The position numbers and the translations under genes are program-made. Source: Lingula anatina (lineage: Eukaryota > Animalia > Brachiopoda). Taken from it: DNA of 64,000 nucleotides. The DNA lies in contig CM120641.1 of the NCBI GenBank assembly GCA_051362555.1, positions 39,128,401-39,192,400 on the forward strand, written 5' to 3'. Shown one piece after another: positions 49,218 to 63,743 of the stretch. The first letter of the stretch is position 1; the number at the start of each line of letters is the position of its first letter. A model generated the notes under the pieces. That model saw only the letters and a list, made by a program, of their open reading frames with translations. It made no database searches and was not told the DNA's origin.

Positions 49218-50812
49218 CTTCTTTCAGTATGACCAGCAGCAATAAGGCAGCCAAATATAAGCAGATTACTGAAAATATAAAATAAAATAATAAATGCACC
49301 AACAAATAAATCTTAATAAAATTCACAAATTTCTAAAGATGCTTCAATGTGACATTTTCTTTAGAAACCTTGTTGAATAAACTTAAAATGTGTTGCAGAC
49401 TTGCAGTGTTTATTTTTGGAAAGAAAAACAATTTAAAAGAAAACATTATTGAATTACCATTAAACAAGGATAAAAAATGATGTGTAGAAACAGAAACAGT
49501 GATTTCAAATGAGTAAGTGATGTTTACTCTTTGTCCACTTTTTTTGTGGCCCATTGGACAACAATATTATCTAAAGTAGCCAACAGTTATTTTCAGTGGT
49601 TCATTTATCGCACACAAACATCATGGTAAGTGTAGATTTACATGCCCACGTACAAGTAAGACCATCAAAACTTACAAATAAGGAAAGACGTGAAAAATTA
49701 TTTTCTGTAACAGATCCTGGTGTTGAAAATTCAATTGTCCTGTGCTTTTGCAGATTATCTTCAATGGTCTGCCACAAAGATATGGAGCTGTAAATATACA
49801 TATATAGCATCATACTGTTTCACTGGTAATACCTTAACAATGCTTTTTTCATCTATGGTTATAATTTTATATTGAAGAATAAAATTACAAAAATAATAGT
49901 ACAATTTTTGAACTACTTATACATGATGTTAACCCACCTTTTCACTAACATCACTAGCTAGCATCCTTGTCTTATCCAAAAGAATTCCTATAAAAGAGAA
50001 TGTAGAGATGGTTATGATCTGTCTGCAATAAATAACATATTCACTAAAAAAACTTTACAATCCTTCATATTTTCTTTTTCTGTATGAAATAACAGGTAGA
50101 AATCGGAGGTTAAATTGCATGCCATTACTAGACAAACAGCCAATAAGAGTCAGAAGACCACATATCTATAACTGTGCAGAAAATAATGAAACTTCTTTAA
50201 ACAGTTTTGTTTTCTGTCCTCCCCCTCCTTCAAAAAAAAAACTGAGCAGAAATGTAAATTAAATAGACATTGTGCTGAAAGTGCTTGATCCACAAGAGGT
50301 AGATCCAAGAATGTCGCATCTGATGATGTAAATATAACATTAATTTACCATTCAGTCTATACTGTGTCAACAGCCAGTCATTAAATATACCCATTTACAT
50401 ACTACAGTTACCAGTATCATCTCACAGGCAAATGATGCTAATATTAACGTTAGTATTACTAAAATGATTGATCATCTGATATTATGGTATATGACATACA
50501 GGTACGAACATGGACACCATTTGTGAGCAACGATGGCACTTCTTTTCAACAATATGACACACCAATAGTGTTAAATCAGTTAAAGCCTCTATTCATGGCT
50601 GTTTAATGCTTTGTGTGGACGTTAACCCTGCAAATGTCGGAGCAATCGCATCTTGGCACCTCAAAACCATCTAGCACATTTGAAGAGTATTTACGCAGAC
50701 ACGAACCTGGGATTTGGTACGAATATAAATGAATGAACCGTGGACTCAAGAGAACAACATGCACCGAAGCAAATAAATTATTTTGCATAATATTAAAAGG
50801 AATTCAACTTAC

Positions 50813-50870
50813 CGCTCAAACAAACAGAACATAACCCCTTCGTTGCAATATACGTCATCATTTTATGTAT
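50813..50870 (-). promoter_or_regulatory. Putative non-coding first exon/promoter of the zinc-finger gene
   Basis: Minus-strand donor GAGCG|GTAAGT at 50812, CRE-like TACGTCAT nearby, and CpG depletion ends at about 50500. Confidence 0.4.
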
Positions 50871-52253
50871 ATCAAGATGATCCTGTCCGACAACTTTTAG
50901 TCATATTACTTGATTTAACTTTGTCAGAGTTACACTCAGAAGTGAAAAAAGGTCAACCAATTCGTTACATTTATTTACTTGATGATTTATTTTAGTATAT
51001 TTCACAGATAAACATAAACACTTGTACTAAACTAATGCAAGTTAGTATGCAAAATTGTATTGTCTTTTGTCCCGGGAATTGTTTTTGTTGAGGACGGGTG
51101 TGACCTCATCCACCAACCGACTAGCTCACCTAACACATTTCTTTCTCTCCACTGTTCGACTGCAGTGTTGTATCAAAGTAGCCAGTAAAAAGGCATTTAA
51201 GTGATGCTTACTGCTTTCAAAGCTGTCCCAATGTCATATTTTTGTGTGTACATGCCATACTTATCTTTCCCGATACTGGCTTCAACAATGATTCAACCCC
51301 TCCAATATAAGAAGGCCTATGTGGTGTGGATATTTCCTTCAAAAATGTACAGGAGGACGTGGCGGTCTAAACGTTACGGGAAACAATTAGAAATGAAATG
51401 TTAAAGTTTAAATGGTATAAAACATCGAGTCCAAGTGCCAGGATGGATTAAGCAATGATTCGTGAGTTGGAGAAAAATACCCGCTATTTTTCAAGGAAAT
51501 TTCGATTTGGCGGCCAAAAATCCCATAATAATATGGCTAGAAAGAGAGGAATATCGTTTTAGTTAATCAAATAATAATAATTTCTGAAAAAAAGGAGATA
51601 TTTTTCTAGCTAAAAGGACAGTTCGTCCAACCCTGTTTCCCCGCCATTCGGCTATTACGGCCTTATATAGACAATAGTAAGATATACGTGACAACAAAGG
51701 TCATCTAAAGTGTAAACGTGCAGCATACCCATTTATTACTGTAGTTGCAAGGTTTCTATTATCAATTTACCCCCGGAAGGTACTTATATATTCTTAGGTC
51801 TACTTTTTTTCCACTTCAGAGAGGTTTGCTTTCATCAGATATGTTGGACTACATAATCTGTTAATTTGTTTATTTTTATTATATATATATTTTTTTTTTG
51901 GGGGGGGGGGGGTAATCAGTATGTCTCGGTCATTGGACCATTTTAATTTTAATATGACCTAATTTAGACAATCAAATGATGCATGATAACAAAGATAATT
52001 TCAGTAAAAATGTGCAGCATACTCGTAAATAATCGTAATTAGTAGCTTCGTTGTTTGGTTCATTTATCTATTTTGTTCTGTTTTAAGGTTTGTATTGTTT
52101 GTCACTTCCCAGTTCATTTCGACAAAGTTACCGTACAAATCCAAGTGCACTGTGAAGTCCACTAAAGTTTAACAGCATTGAGCAAGATACACTATGTGAC
52201 CTTTGTGTTCAGTGGACCACTTCAGTTGTCTTCTCTGAAAACACCAGTTATAC

Positions 52254-52465
52254 ACCCCATTCTCATAGATTAGATCGACCTACATTGGATCGACCTAACT
52301 CCCTGGGGGTTCACGCTAAATAGCTGTCAGCCGGGCGGACACGAAAGTTAATTACCCCTTAAAGCTTGTAGTAGGCGGGGACGGACCCTTAAGGGGGATT
52401 ATCTGACAGTAATCTAGTGAGACTCCCCGCGGTGATAGATCGATCTAAAAGTTGTGAGAACAGAG
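52254..52465. mobile_element. Fold-back MITE related to 25306-25565
   Basis: GATCGACCTAACTCCCTGGGGGTTCACGCTAAATAGCTGTCAG pairs imperfectly with CTGACAGTAATCTAGTGAGACTCCCCGCGGTGATAGATCGATC. Confidence 0.65.
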
Positions 52466-53819
52466 CCATACCCTGCCTCGAGAACGCAGTCTCATTTGAT
52501 AAGGGTAGAATAGGCTATATTTGTTGAAAAAAAATTTTGGGTAAAAACAGAAACATACTGACGCTCTTGTGTTCTACACGCTAGCAGTAGACATGTCCAA
52601 GAGATCCGACGGCTTATTTATATCATTTACATAATTAGATGCCCCTGATTAGGATTTCTTTGCCGCATGGACTTCGAGCACGGAATCTATTTTATGCTGA
52701 ATATGGATATACCAGTACATGTAGTCAAATTACCTAAATTCTGAACCCTGCATGGAAATATAATCAAAATGAAGAATAGAACACCCGACAACTAAAGGGA
52801 GAATTATTACTTTTATTTCCGTCAACCAATAGCCTTGAAATGGAAGTCTATGTTGTCATTAGTAAAACGAGAGGGTAAAATGCATATGGATCAGATCTAT
52901 TGCTTTGAGCATCACTGAAATTATGGAAATAACCATTCATACTTATGCATACAGTGCTATGCTTGGATCAAAGTGATGTACGAAGTGCGTATAAGTATTA
53001 AAAAAGGACATTCTAGGTACTCAAATGTTATCTTTCAATGTGTTTCAGAAATTTGAACAGTAGGCCTAAATCGGACAATAATCAAGAGTGTACTAGTATA
53101 ATTATTTTATAGAGTATATTGAAATCAACAAATGCAGTTTAATATTGATCTTTAAAATAAGTAATCAAACAAGAGTTCCAGTGTTTTAGGGAAAAAAGTA
53201 ATGGAAACTCTGTAACAAAGAGCAGGAGACTTGTATAGGCTCCTGTTTTTTGAAATAGGCACTTCCCATTAAATCACTTCACTATATATAGCGCTGCGGA
53301 ATTACTTCAATCAAAGAAATTGTAGATTACCTTAATTCATTTAATTGATAAATACACGTTCATATTCACAACATAAAAGTTAATTCCACTTGACTGAATA
53401 ATAATGAAAGATCAGGTTTACATTTAACTGAAATAAAATATCTTTGAATAATATATCACCAAACAAACAAACAGTACACATCTTCAAACTTAAGGACAGA
53501 CTATCCCATAATCCACTACAATACTAGATACTATCGCTAACCCTTCACACCGATATTTTAATATTGAAATCTTTAACTCTAGCTTTTTGAGACATTCTTC
53601 CTGCTTATATACAATTTAAGGCATTGTTAAAAGTATTTACATCAAGATAAGAAGTCTGTTGCTGGTCCGTTTTAAGTTTGGTGGTGCCATTAGCGTCAAA
53701 ACTCACTGCGGACCGCAGTTATTGATTTCAAAACTTCCGCAATGTGACCGCCTGTGCAAAACACTGAAGTTCCCCGTCAAACTGCCAAGACTATCTGAAG
53801 CACAGGGTATCACCGGGCT

Positions 53820-56800
53820 CTATCCGTTACTTGTTGGCGTAGCTGCATGTTTTTGTTCTTGATTTTTTTGCTTTTGCTGTTGCTGTTGGGAATGGCTATG
53901 TTGTTGTTGGTTATCACGGTGGTTTTTATCATTACGAATTTGGGCATCTTCCAAACCGTCGCAAAAGTCTAGTTTTCCATTAATAAAGGTGCCCAAAGCG
54001 CCAGGGTCGTCTGAGCGGTAGTATTCTGCAACCAACTGTTTGTAATAAGGGAGATCGATTCTCCTTTCCATGTTCTGCAATATAAAATGCACTGCCATTG
54101 TATTGGTTTCATTTTTACGAGTGTGTGTGTGTGTGTGTGTGTGTGCGTGTGTGTGTGTGTTAGGAGAGAGAGAGAGAGAGAGAGAGAAGAATCCATGTCA
54201 CTTGACATTTTCATGAGACTGAAACTTTATATTTTCGTGATACATAAATTGTTCTGTGTCATAAGTATGTTTGATGCTACCACCATTGAAAGAGAGAACT
54301 ACTCTTACCTGAGATATTATGATGAACGCTGATTTTGCAGCTGGCGGAGATATGCCAAAATATCCAAGTACGTACTCAAATTCCTCTATATCTATGATAC
54401 CATCCGCTGTAAAAGAACAAAAGACAAGTTGACTATAGGCAATTTACAAACTTTTTGTCTACACAAAATCACACCTTTATTTCTGTTCTTGGGCGTAAAG
54501 CAGAGAGCAAACCGAAATAAGGCTACTTTCAGTAATCAGTTTTAGTCTTCAACGAGTCCCAGGCGATTTATCTGCACGACTAATTCATCAATTTACAAAA
54601 TGTTTTTTATCAAACCAATACTGGCGGTGTTATTCATCTAATTGTTCGTGAAAGTTATCGTTGGAAGGCAATATACGAACAATTTCAGTGGGTAGACATC
54701 TAGCTATTGATCCAGACACTCTGAGGCAACACAATTACGATTTTAAAAAGCTTAACTCAGCCGCCGTACGATCACAGGCCGTCTATAAGAGATCCTGTTG
54801 CACAATATGAGTAAGTTACAGTAGTGGATTATTACTTGTATTATAATCGTTCTTGACAGAGTTCATAAGAGGGCGGTGGTATTAGTCCAACTGGTATTTA
54901 ATGCCACATCTTTACTGAGAAATCTAAACATATTGTCATTTTATGTGAAAAAGCAACTACCTACATTCGATAGGCTGTTCCACAAAGATAAATCCACCAC
55001 ATGCACACACATAATTAAAAATAATTAGATAATATAGGCCTAATGATAAGAGTGACTTAAAAGAAATAATGAAAAAGGTTCTCTCTGGTGTTTGGGAAGG
55101 CATGCTTTAGCTTATATTATACTTAAAGCTTCCAAAACAGTACTTTTTATGTTAAAAAAAATTCAGAAGCATGACGCTGACCAAGCGTTTGATTTGAATG
55201 GGAAAGTCCCTGCATTAGAGCATACTCATACTTTAATCTAATATATCAAATTGGTCTTTTTATTTTCTTTTTCCAGGAAGGGGATACCCCGCATTTCCGA
55301 GGATGAACTACGTGTACGGCTTTTTGGGATCGCAAAAGGGCGAGATTTATGCTGTGGACATAAATGAATAAAAAAAATAATAAATAACTTAAGAATGTGT
55401 CAAATTACACTTTATTTCCAGTGAGGGCTGAACAATATGCACTCGCACCCTCTACGACGTCAAGCATTTGCTTGGACTTGACGCCATGGCATTTGCAATT
55501 TACACAATCGAAAGCACTAGGGAGATCATTCAGAAAATTTTGGCCCCCTTCCTGATATTCTACATTAACAATAGCTTACATTATATTATATTATCTGCGC
55601 CGCACGGAGATTGATTAATACGAGGGAGATGAAATGGGAGAAACTGAATCGATTATGAATTTTAAGAACAGCTCATTTAAGGTCTCAAGCGATCGGTGGT
55701 GAAACGGAAATTATAGGTGTAAAATGACCCACTGATTTTTCATAAACTGCCCTGCGGCTTTATTACCTGTTCTGTCAAATAAGTTGAACTTGTATTCCAC
55801 GTACTCTTCTACCCAGTCTGGCACTTTGGCCACCTCCCCTGGATCCGAATGATGTTTGATGTACGAAGCCCACATTTTGACCTATTTAACGTAAACTGGC
55901 ATTAGTACTAGCATTAAGAGGAGGGTGTTATAATATATTGCAATCAAATTGTTACTTTCATTTTGTCCGTGCTCATGAATTGATCTGCGAGTCTCATATT
56001 TTATGTCTCTGTTCTTGCATTTATTTCGTCGCTTTAATCAAGATACAGAGTTGCGTTAAAATATAATGACAGCTATAAAACATTTAGTGGTAAATGAACA
56101 GACTTAAAAGTAGAAACAAAGTACAATACGGCATAAAATCTCATTATTTCAGCAGCTTGTGAATGCATTACACGTTTAAACAGGCATCTGATTACTGCCA
56201 TCAGAAAACATCTGGTAAGCACCAAATCATATAGAAGATCAGATCGATTTCCTGTTCTGAATAATCTGGCAGGCTGTTGGTTTTGGCATTTAATTTTGTG
56301 TTTGTGATCACATCATACTAATGCTCCGACAATTTCCCTTATTTTTCACTTACAAACCTCGTATAGTGCATGGCAGGGATCACCACACCTTCGATAACTT
56401 GATCACGACTTTTAAACACGATTTCTCACACATGTCATAACATACATCTGCAGTGCCATAAACATTTCTGATCAACACTCCGAGAAAAACTTTGTTTCTC
56501 ACCCACTCATCTGCCGATATCTTGTTATCACAATTCTCGTCTGCGCAGTCCTGCAGTTTACGCCATATGTCCACGAACAAGTTCTTTGTTTTGTCAAATT
56601 TCTCCGACCCAGGCTCCCAGCCACTCATTTTGCAAATTTTCTAGAATAAAGAAGAAATAACACACGATATGAATGATACTACAGTTTATTATTCTAGTAA
56701 GTCTTAGCTTTAAACCAGAATAAAAATCTGGGAATCAGTTCAGAATGTGTCATAAATGATTCCAAGATATTTATCTAAGGTAAATATACCATATTTCAAC

Positions 56801-59800
56801 CTGGTTCAATTTGTTTCAAAGCCAATTTGCTACTTTCGATCATGCAGCTTATAATTAATACGAGTGCAACTTAACAAAATTAAAAAAGAATGAAAAAAAT
56901 CGAGAACACGTTTATCATATCTGTTGGTTTCCAATTATCTTGGTATATACTACGGCTATAATAGATCTTTGAACCTTGTTGCCGTTCCAGCAGCATATTT
57001 ATCACAGTGAACTACATATATAGCCATAGCTACAGTCATTCTCTGTACATTACCATGACCATTTTATCCATTTCATATACCTTACCAGTGGTAAACTCCA
57101 TTATTTTGTATTGATTTTCTGTCGCCGCTGAAAGCAGAGCGGGTTTTAGCACCCAGTTACCTGGACTGTTGAGAAATTGACAAAAACTAGACCATCTGAC
57201 AATATCAGGAAATTAAATTTTGCGCGGAGGGACTCTAACATAGAAAACGCTTTTATCGATGATAGATAGCCTCCTTCCATTAATTTTCTGCATGGAAAGA
57301 ATAGTTAACCACAACGATCATTCAAATAAATTAAATAGACTTTCTCCAAAGAAAAAGTTAAGTATATATTCATTCAAAATGGTGATATTGTTTGGTGTCA
57401 GTGTCTGGGTTTTATTCCAGAGCATATCATCCTCAGGATTTCCTAACCAATATTAAATGGAGATTTCAATTATCAACAACTAGAGAACTGAGTGTGTAGG
57501 CGCAGGGGCATTGTCGGTGTGGAGTGGGACTGGACCAGTTTCTTCACCCGTACGTTGATGTGATCACAAAACAGCTGGATGCTTTAACAAGATCAGGGAT
57601 CGTGTACTTAAGTGCCCGAAGTGCCAAAGGAATATTCCGCCGTGTAATCTCTCACCTCCCTGGCTTGTTCGAAATCCCTCCATTCTAAGCAGCCGTCTTT
57701 GTTGACATCTAAAATAAAGTGACATTGTTATTTGATATGTTCTCCAATTTGTCAAGTTCGCAATGGTAAAGGCGTTATTGGCATGTCGACTGGTAATAAA
57801 TTTGATTGGGCATCATGTGAGCCAGTCCGAAATAGCGCAAATAAGCGCAAAATGAAGCGATATTTCCCGGGATTTGGAGAAGAGTGATGTAAGAAATAAT
57901 GGCAGGCTAGCGAGTGAACTGTGGTAGAATCTGGCAGAATTCATCCACGGTAATTTTTTTTTGGTTAAGTTCTATCGAATTCACCATGTTTTGCATGCCA
58001 CTTTGTCAATTGCATGTCACTTTTGTGTTGCTTTCTATTCCCGGCGCATCAAGTTTCGCTCTTACTGCCTAAAAGTTAAAGTTACATATGAACCGAGCAT
58101 CGGTGGAGCGTGGATTCCCAGTAACACATATAAAACACTTCTAGTAGTTTCTTATACGACTCAAATTAAGTCGACTTGCCAAGGGATAAACTGCATAAAT
58201 CACTCGATCACCCATAAAAGAGCTTTAGACTGCTCCTTTCTTAAAAATTTTGGTCAGAAATTTAACCTACTTTTCTGCCCCATGTATATATACAGCATAG
58301 AAAGCTAGCAGCAAAATCCATTCAAATATCATTTTTCGGGTAATGTTAAACAATGTCTTTTGGTAGTTATACTATTTGAACCTATATGCTGGTATTTGGT
58401 TGGTTTTGGTGGCAAAATTTGACTTCATATGCATCTTTAACATCACTTCATGTGCTTGATTCTCGTACTTTTTCTTGTCCCGAATGACGTCACGATCTCG
58501 GATGACACCCATTCACGCAACTCTCTTGATATACTATCGGACCAAGAAAGTGAATGATACACCTCCTTGCTCGGATACAGTTCTAAATTAGATAAGGCTC
58601 TTCATTGTATTATTCAGCCACTAATTTTTCTCGGTGGCTACGAAGCCAAAAACTGTATCCTTTTCGTTCTTGACAAATAAAATCTACTTATATCTGAAAA
58701 ATATTAAATCACTGTACAATTTATGTTGTAAAGGCAAATGTCTATGCAGGCTGTCCACAGACACCATCTTAAAACCATCAATTAAGAGGAAATAACTGCG
58801 TCTGATACAAAAAAATGGTATCAAATAGATCTACGCCTATTTTATTGATGACGTTTTAATGCAATCAAATTCAGCGTCAATGACTGACGATATAATGTAA
58901 TGATAACTATTTTCCATATACCACTACAACTTACAACGCTAAGGTATGCTCATTTAAACCATCTATGTGTGCCGGGAATGTCCATTATTTCCTAACTTTT
59001 GGAGTGTAATACAATAAAACTACTAAGTTCTAACGTAAAAGTGATTTGTGTGAAATCTTGTGCATTAATTCTGTCATACGTAAAATTGCCCTTGGCATGG
59101 TGACTTTAGTTACTTTTTCCGTGCACGCTTTGTAGCTGCATGTATTTTTTTATCATTAAAATCTGTTAGTTTTCCTCTTCTTGCAGGTGAAAAAACGACT
59201 CTATGGCACGGTTACTGAAGTTTCATAACCCAGAGAGAATTGTTTTGTAATCCTATTATTGATTCAGATTTCTAGCCAAAGTAGAGGCCTCCGCTGGAAC
59301 ATCGTGATTTATTACCTGCTACGTCTTGGCTGGCAGTATCATATTTTCTGAAAACACGAACCTGGGACCCGTAGGAGTTAATGTACGATATAAAGGGTGT
59401 TCTTTGGACAGTAACGGAATCCAATCAGTAACACAATAACCCATACTTGTACTTTCCTATTTCTGCCTTCTGTCATCTAAGCTAATAAGTAGTTAATTCC
59501 CGGTAGTTTCAATTAAAATTGGATTGGAATGAGTTATAATAACCGACAACGCCGGATCGACGGAAGATCGGGAACGGGCAATCGGATTCAGTACGGATGG
59601 TATTAGTTCAAATAACAATATTCCAGTCGCAGAGTCAGTGTGAATCGACTTTGAATATGCCATTTATTTTAATAAAAATCCTCATGTTCCGAGACACACG
59701 TGGGATATTGGCAGGTGTTCCATTGGTGAGCTCCCGCAATCTGACGTTTCAAGGCCGCCAATCTTATAGTTTTGACGATGATGTGAATTTATGACAGAAA

Positions 59801-62333
59801 TGCAAGACCTCACAGCTTTTACCACACTAGCCACTTACTGTTTGGCAAATAGATCGTCTTTTTCTCCTTGCTTAAAAGATTATCGTTCATTGTTTCAAGC
59901 CTAGTAAATATGTTGTATTGAACAGTTGCAATGCAGGTGGTTAGCTTTATTCACAATACTAAAAAAAAGCACTTCCTGCTATGAAATTCAGGACATTTAC
60001 CGCGTTGCACTCCAGGTTGTGTATGAAAATCGACAGCACTGAGTGCAGCGTAAATTGATATCTTCATATACTCACTTAAAGTGACGGTCACAGCGTATGG
60101 TACTTTAATAAATAATTGGTATTTCCTCCTTGTAATGCTCAGGGCATTTCAGATTTGTCATATTGACCCACCGACTAACAACATTATTTTCAATTGTGAT
60201 TTACAGCGAATTGATAAAAAAAGAAAGAAAGGAGAGAAGAAAAATGTTCATTTAAGAATTTGCACAATGTAACATGAAATTGGTCGGTTTCATGTTGTTT
60301 TCAGGCGAAACGTGACAGTCGTTAAGATAAATGTAGATCTACTTGAGTTCGCAAGAAACAAATCTCTTCCTTACAGATAAGACAGATTGCAATGTATTTT
60401 GATCGTCAACTTCATTTAATTGTTAATCATATTTCGTTCTATTTCCTAGAAATCCCTGCAGAGGGGATGCCTTTTTCTACAAGTAGAAGGCGTAAAATGT
60501 CTTTGGTAAGAAAAGAAGTGGTGTCTGTGTTTAAATTGATCAAATGCGTCCATACATACGTTATAATTTTATTTCTATTATCATGTGCGTTCCTTAATGA
60601 GTCTTGCATCGAACAAAAATGTACCTAGTCGGAAAATGCAACGTAATTAATATATGGATGGCATACACGACATAGTACTTCACAGTGGGACATTTCGAAT
60701 AAATGGTTCAGCAACCGTAGCAGTAAAATGATGGAGTAGGAAGGGTCAGTATTATCCTTTTCCTACACTACATTCTGTAAGGCCTAGTGCCCCGAATTCT
60801 CAGGTAAACAAACGTATCATCAACAATGACAGCCATCCGTATCATTTCCCTTTCTGCTTTTATTTATACTGGTTCGTTGCTAGCCTGGTATATCAATCAC
60901 ACACAAGACAGCAACAATTTGAGTTTGTTTCCGCAAAATGGAACGGTGCGCACAAAAGAGATTTAAGGATAGCATGACTCAGTGGATAGCACAAGTAAAT
61001 ATTTACGAAATTTTTGCTCTTCTTCAAATGTCCCTACCTGACCCTATTTTTGAATGACCCCCTTCAAATAATAATCATAATGATTAAATTAAAATATAAC
61101 TAAATGGACTACCTGTATAAAACGAGGATTAGAAATTTCTTGGTGTAGGTGAAGAGGCGATCGAAAACACATTTTTTATTGTGGGGAAAGTTGTTGTCAC
61201 AAATTGTCAGCGAAACTATCGCAGATACCACTAATCATAAAATCCACTTTATGAATTTCTGTATAACCATGGCATCTTAATAAATACACACTATTTAATA
61301 TCCAGGTCGATAAACTTCACCCCGAATTCGGTAGATTGCTTATCATGTCTGTTGCGATGGGAAAAACACGGTAATGTAAACCGAATTTATAGTCAAACTT
61401 GCTGGACAAAAATGAAAAGAGTACTCTTAAATGAGTGGAGTTTTCGACATTGCTAGTCCCACAGAAGGCAAATGCAGTTATTGAAAAATACCACATTATA
61501 CAGGCTAGAGACATCGTCAGCGCTTAAGAGCCCGAATCTCAACAGCACTGACGTCTAAAACAAATGGTATTTTATATGCTAATATAATCTTTCACATGTG
61601 ACATTAAACAAGGTCAGATTAAACAATTTAGGCATAGCTGTGCATACCTTACACGGCTGGATAAATATATGTACATGGATGTGTTATATGCTAGTATGTG
61701 TGTATATGTGTGCAGCCGTGCGCCACACCACACTGCGTGACTGCTAGGCTGGGTTGCAAGATAAAGATAATATACCCCTAGATAGATGGGAGTGAATCAA
61801 GCTCAGTCTGCACTCTTATTTCTAATTATTTCTCTGATGGTCTTTTGTGAACCCTTCTTTTTTAACCCACTTTACTTTCATCTCAAATGAGAATCCGAAT
61901 GCAGAGTGATGGGAGTGATGTAGCACTGTATGGAACCCCGTGTTGTTATCGCATCATCACCAGGCCTATTGCATAAGTCCATCTGTGTAAAGACCGAGTT
62001 CAGTGGTCAAGACTATGTTTTTAAAGGCAGAGATAGCAATACAAAAACATTTATCCTCACTCAGTAACAGTATATAAGTTTAAGACACTATATATTATGT
62101 TTTAGTTTTGAAAAGAGATACACGGTTAAGTATCAGCAAACATATGTTGCTTATACTGCAAGCTACCCACCCTCTCAGTGAACACATACAAAGGGAAACT
62201 CATCTCCCATATTGCAAATCCTACCGTAAAAAGTGTGAAACTCATATAATAACTTCCTCTTCTGAAACTCTGATAGTCCGTGGTGATGCGTGTGAGGCAC
62301 TATATTATGTAAGCTCTGGGCTACGTTCCCCAT
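53820..62333 (-). CDS. Calexcitin / sarcoplasmic calcium-binding protein (EF-hand), 6 coding exons, ~255 aa
   Basis: Exons (minus): 62333-62225, 57708-57656, 56640-56503, 55881-55767, 54406-54309, 54074-53820; total 768 nt. LSEFQKRKLLYEFHTFY, EF1 DVNKDGCLEWRD, EF2 DENCDNKISADE, VPDWVEEYVEYKFNLF, EF3 DRTADGIIDIEE, C-terminal EYYRSDDPGALGTFINGK typical of calexcitin/SCP. In-frame stop at 62343-62345 precedes the ATG. Confidence 0.92.
54120..54187. repeat. Compound (GT)n(GA)n microsatellite
   Basis: Directly visible in the last intron of the calexcitin-like gene. Confidence 0.95.
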
Positions 62334-63743
62334 GCTGCAGGTTTAAAGGGTTCGCAGCGCTGTCTGTGGACTGATCTGAAGACTATTCCACCTTCCTTTT
62401 GTCTGTGACTACAATGCTGCCTGCGTCGCTGTCACTTTGTTCATGTGTTGCGCACTGTATTTTTTTTTCAAACAAATCTGCTAGCCGCGGGGAGACACGT
62501 GGCATAAATAACATACGTGATAATGCTGCTTTGGATATAAATGAATTAGTGACAACCAGTAGTTTGCAGAACATGAACGCTTATTAGAATTCCTGTCATT
62601 GGGACGTGATGGAAATCCTAAACTTGGTGATCACATGACCCGCATTTCATGGAATTTCGTGGTCTGCGATGATAGGCCGTAGGCATGTCTGGACTCCATG
62701 TGGATCAATTATGAAAGATTCTGAAAACCAAATCTCATTGTATCATTTCAAATATTGGGAAATCCGGGTCTAAAAAAGGTCTAGAGCAGGAGGTGGATAA
62801 AGCTACTCTTTACGTTTGTGTTTCAGGACTATTCACCTGGATAAAGTACAGGTGGCGTTTAATTGGTTTGCAGGGTATTGGTATAAATTGCACACAATTT
62901 ATCCTAGCAAGTAAATTGCCATTAGCAAAGTTTACGTTGCTCTATTAAAAGGACAATATTGAAGAGCCTCGCATAAAAATGCATAAGAAAGGAGATGAAA
63001 TGCCCTGCAACGTTTATAGGCTTAAACTATTAATAGTAGTTTCTTATAAGACGCAAGTAATATCACATGCCACAAAACAAACCAAAGTATATCTCTCGGG
63101 CAGCAAAAAAAGGTTCTAAAACAGTACCTTCTTTAAAATTTCTGGTCGTAAATTTGGCCTGCTTATTTTTCCTTCAGTCCGTAAAGCTTAGAAGGTAAGC
63201 AGAAAATATTCTTTAAAATATCATCTTTCAGGAAATAATGTAACTGTAGCATTTATTAAGGTTACACTATTTGAAGCACTTTTCTGTTTGACGTATATGT
63301 TCCACAATAAAAAAATTTTGATAACACGGAATGTCAAATGCCACCCCCAAGATTCTTATTTCATTTTTCTTATTACAATGGTCTTCCAACAATATTTTAA
63401 CAAGTTGTACAGGTAGATTCACAAGTAATAATTGTTCCTATCCAATCGCCAGACCTGAAAAGATTATTTAAACGAAGTTTCTTCGTTGGAAATAGTGGGA
63501 GAATTAAATTTTAAAATAAGCAAAATACTTTAAGTTAGAGGATATTTATTGAATTTATCGCCTCAAAATGGATTACTACTACATACTAGAAACGTCTTTT
63601 AAGCTTAAAAGTTTTAACTTTTATCTCATTTCACAACTTCTTGTTATGCCTACATTGTCTTAGAATGTTCCAAAGCAGACTTGCTTAAAATGTAGTCACT
63701 AAAATGTTCAATTTACTGTCCCTCGGTGATTCTAATAGGTTCT

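Noticed and set aside
29488-49245. Many antisense or alternative-frame ORFs overlapping genes A, B and the zinc-finger gene
   Set aside because: Shadow ORFs expected opposite long low-complexity coding exons.
59316-59347. AG/GT-bounded 32-nt segment in calexcitin-like intron 1
   Set aside because: Not a multiple of three and no usable in-frame start; probably a pseudo-exon.
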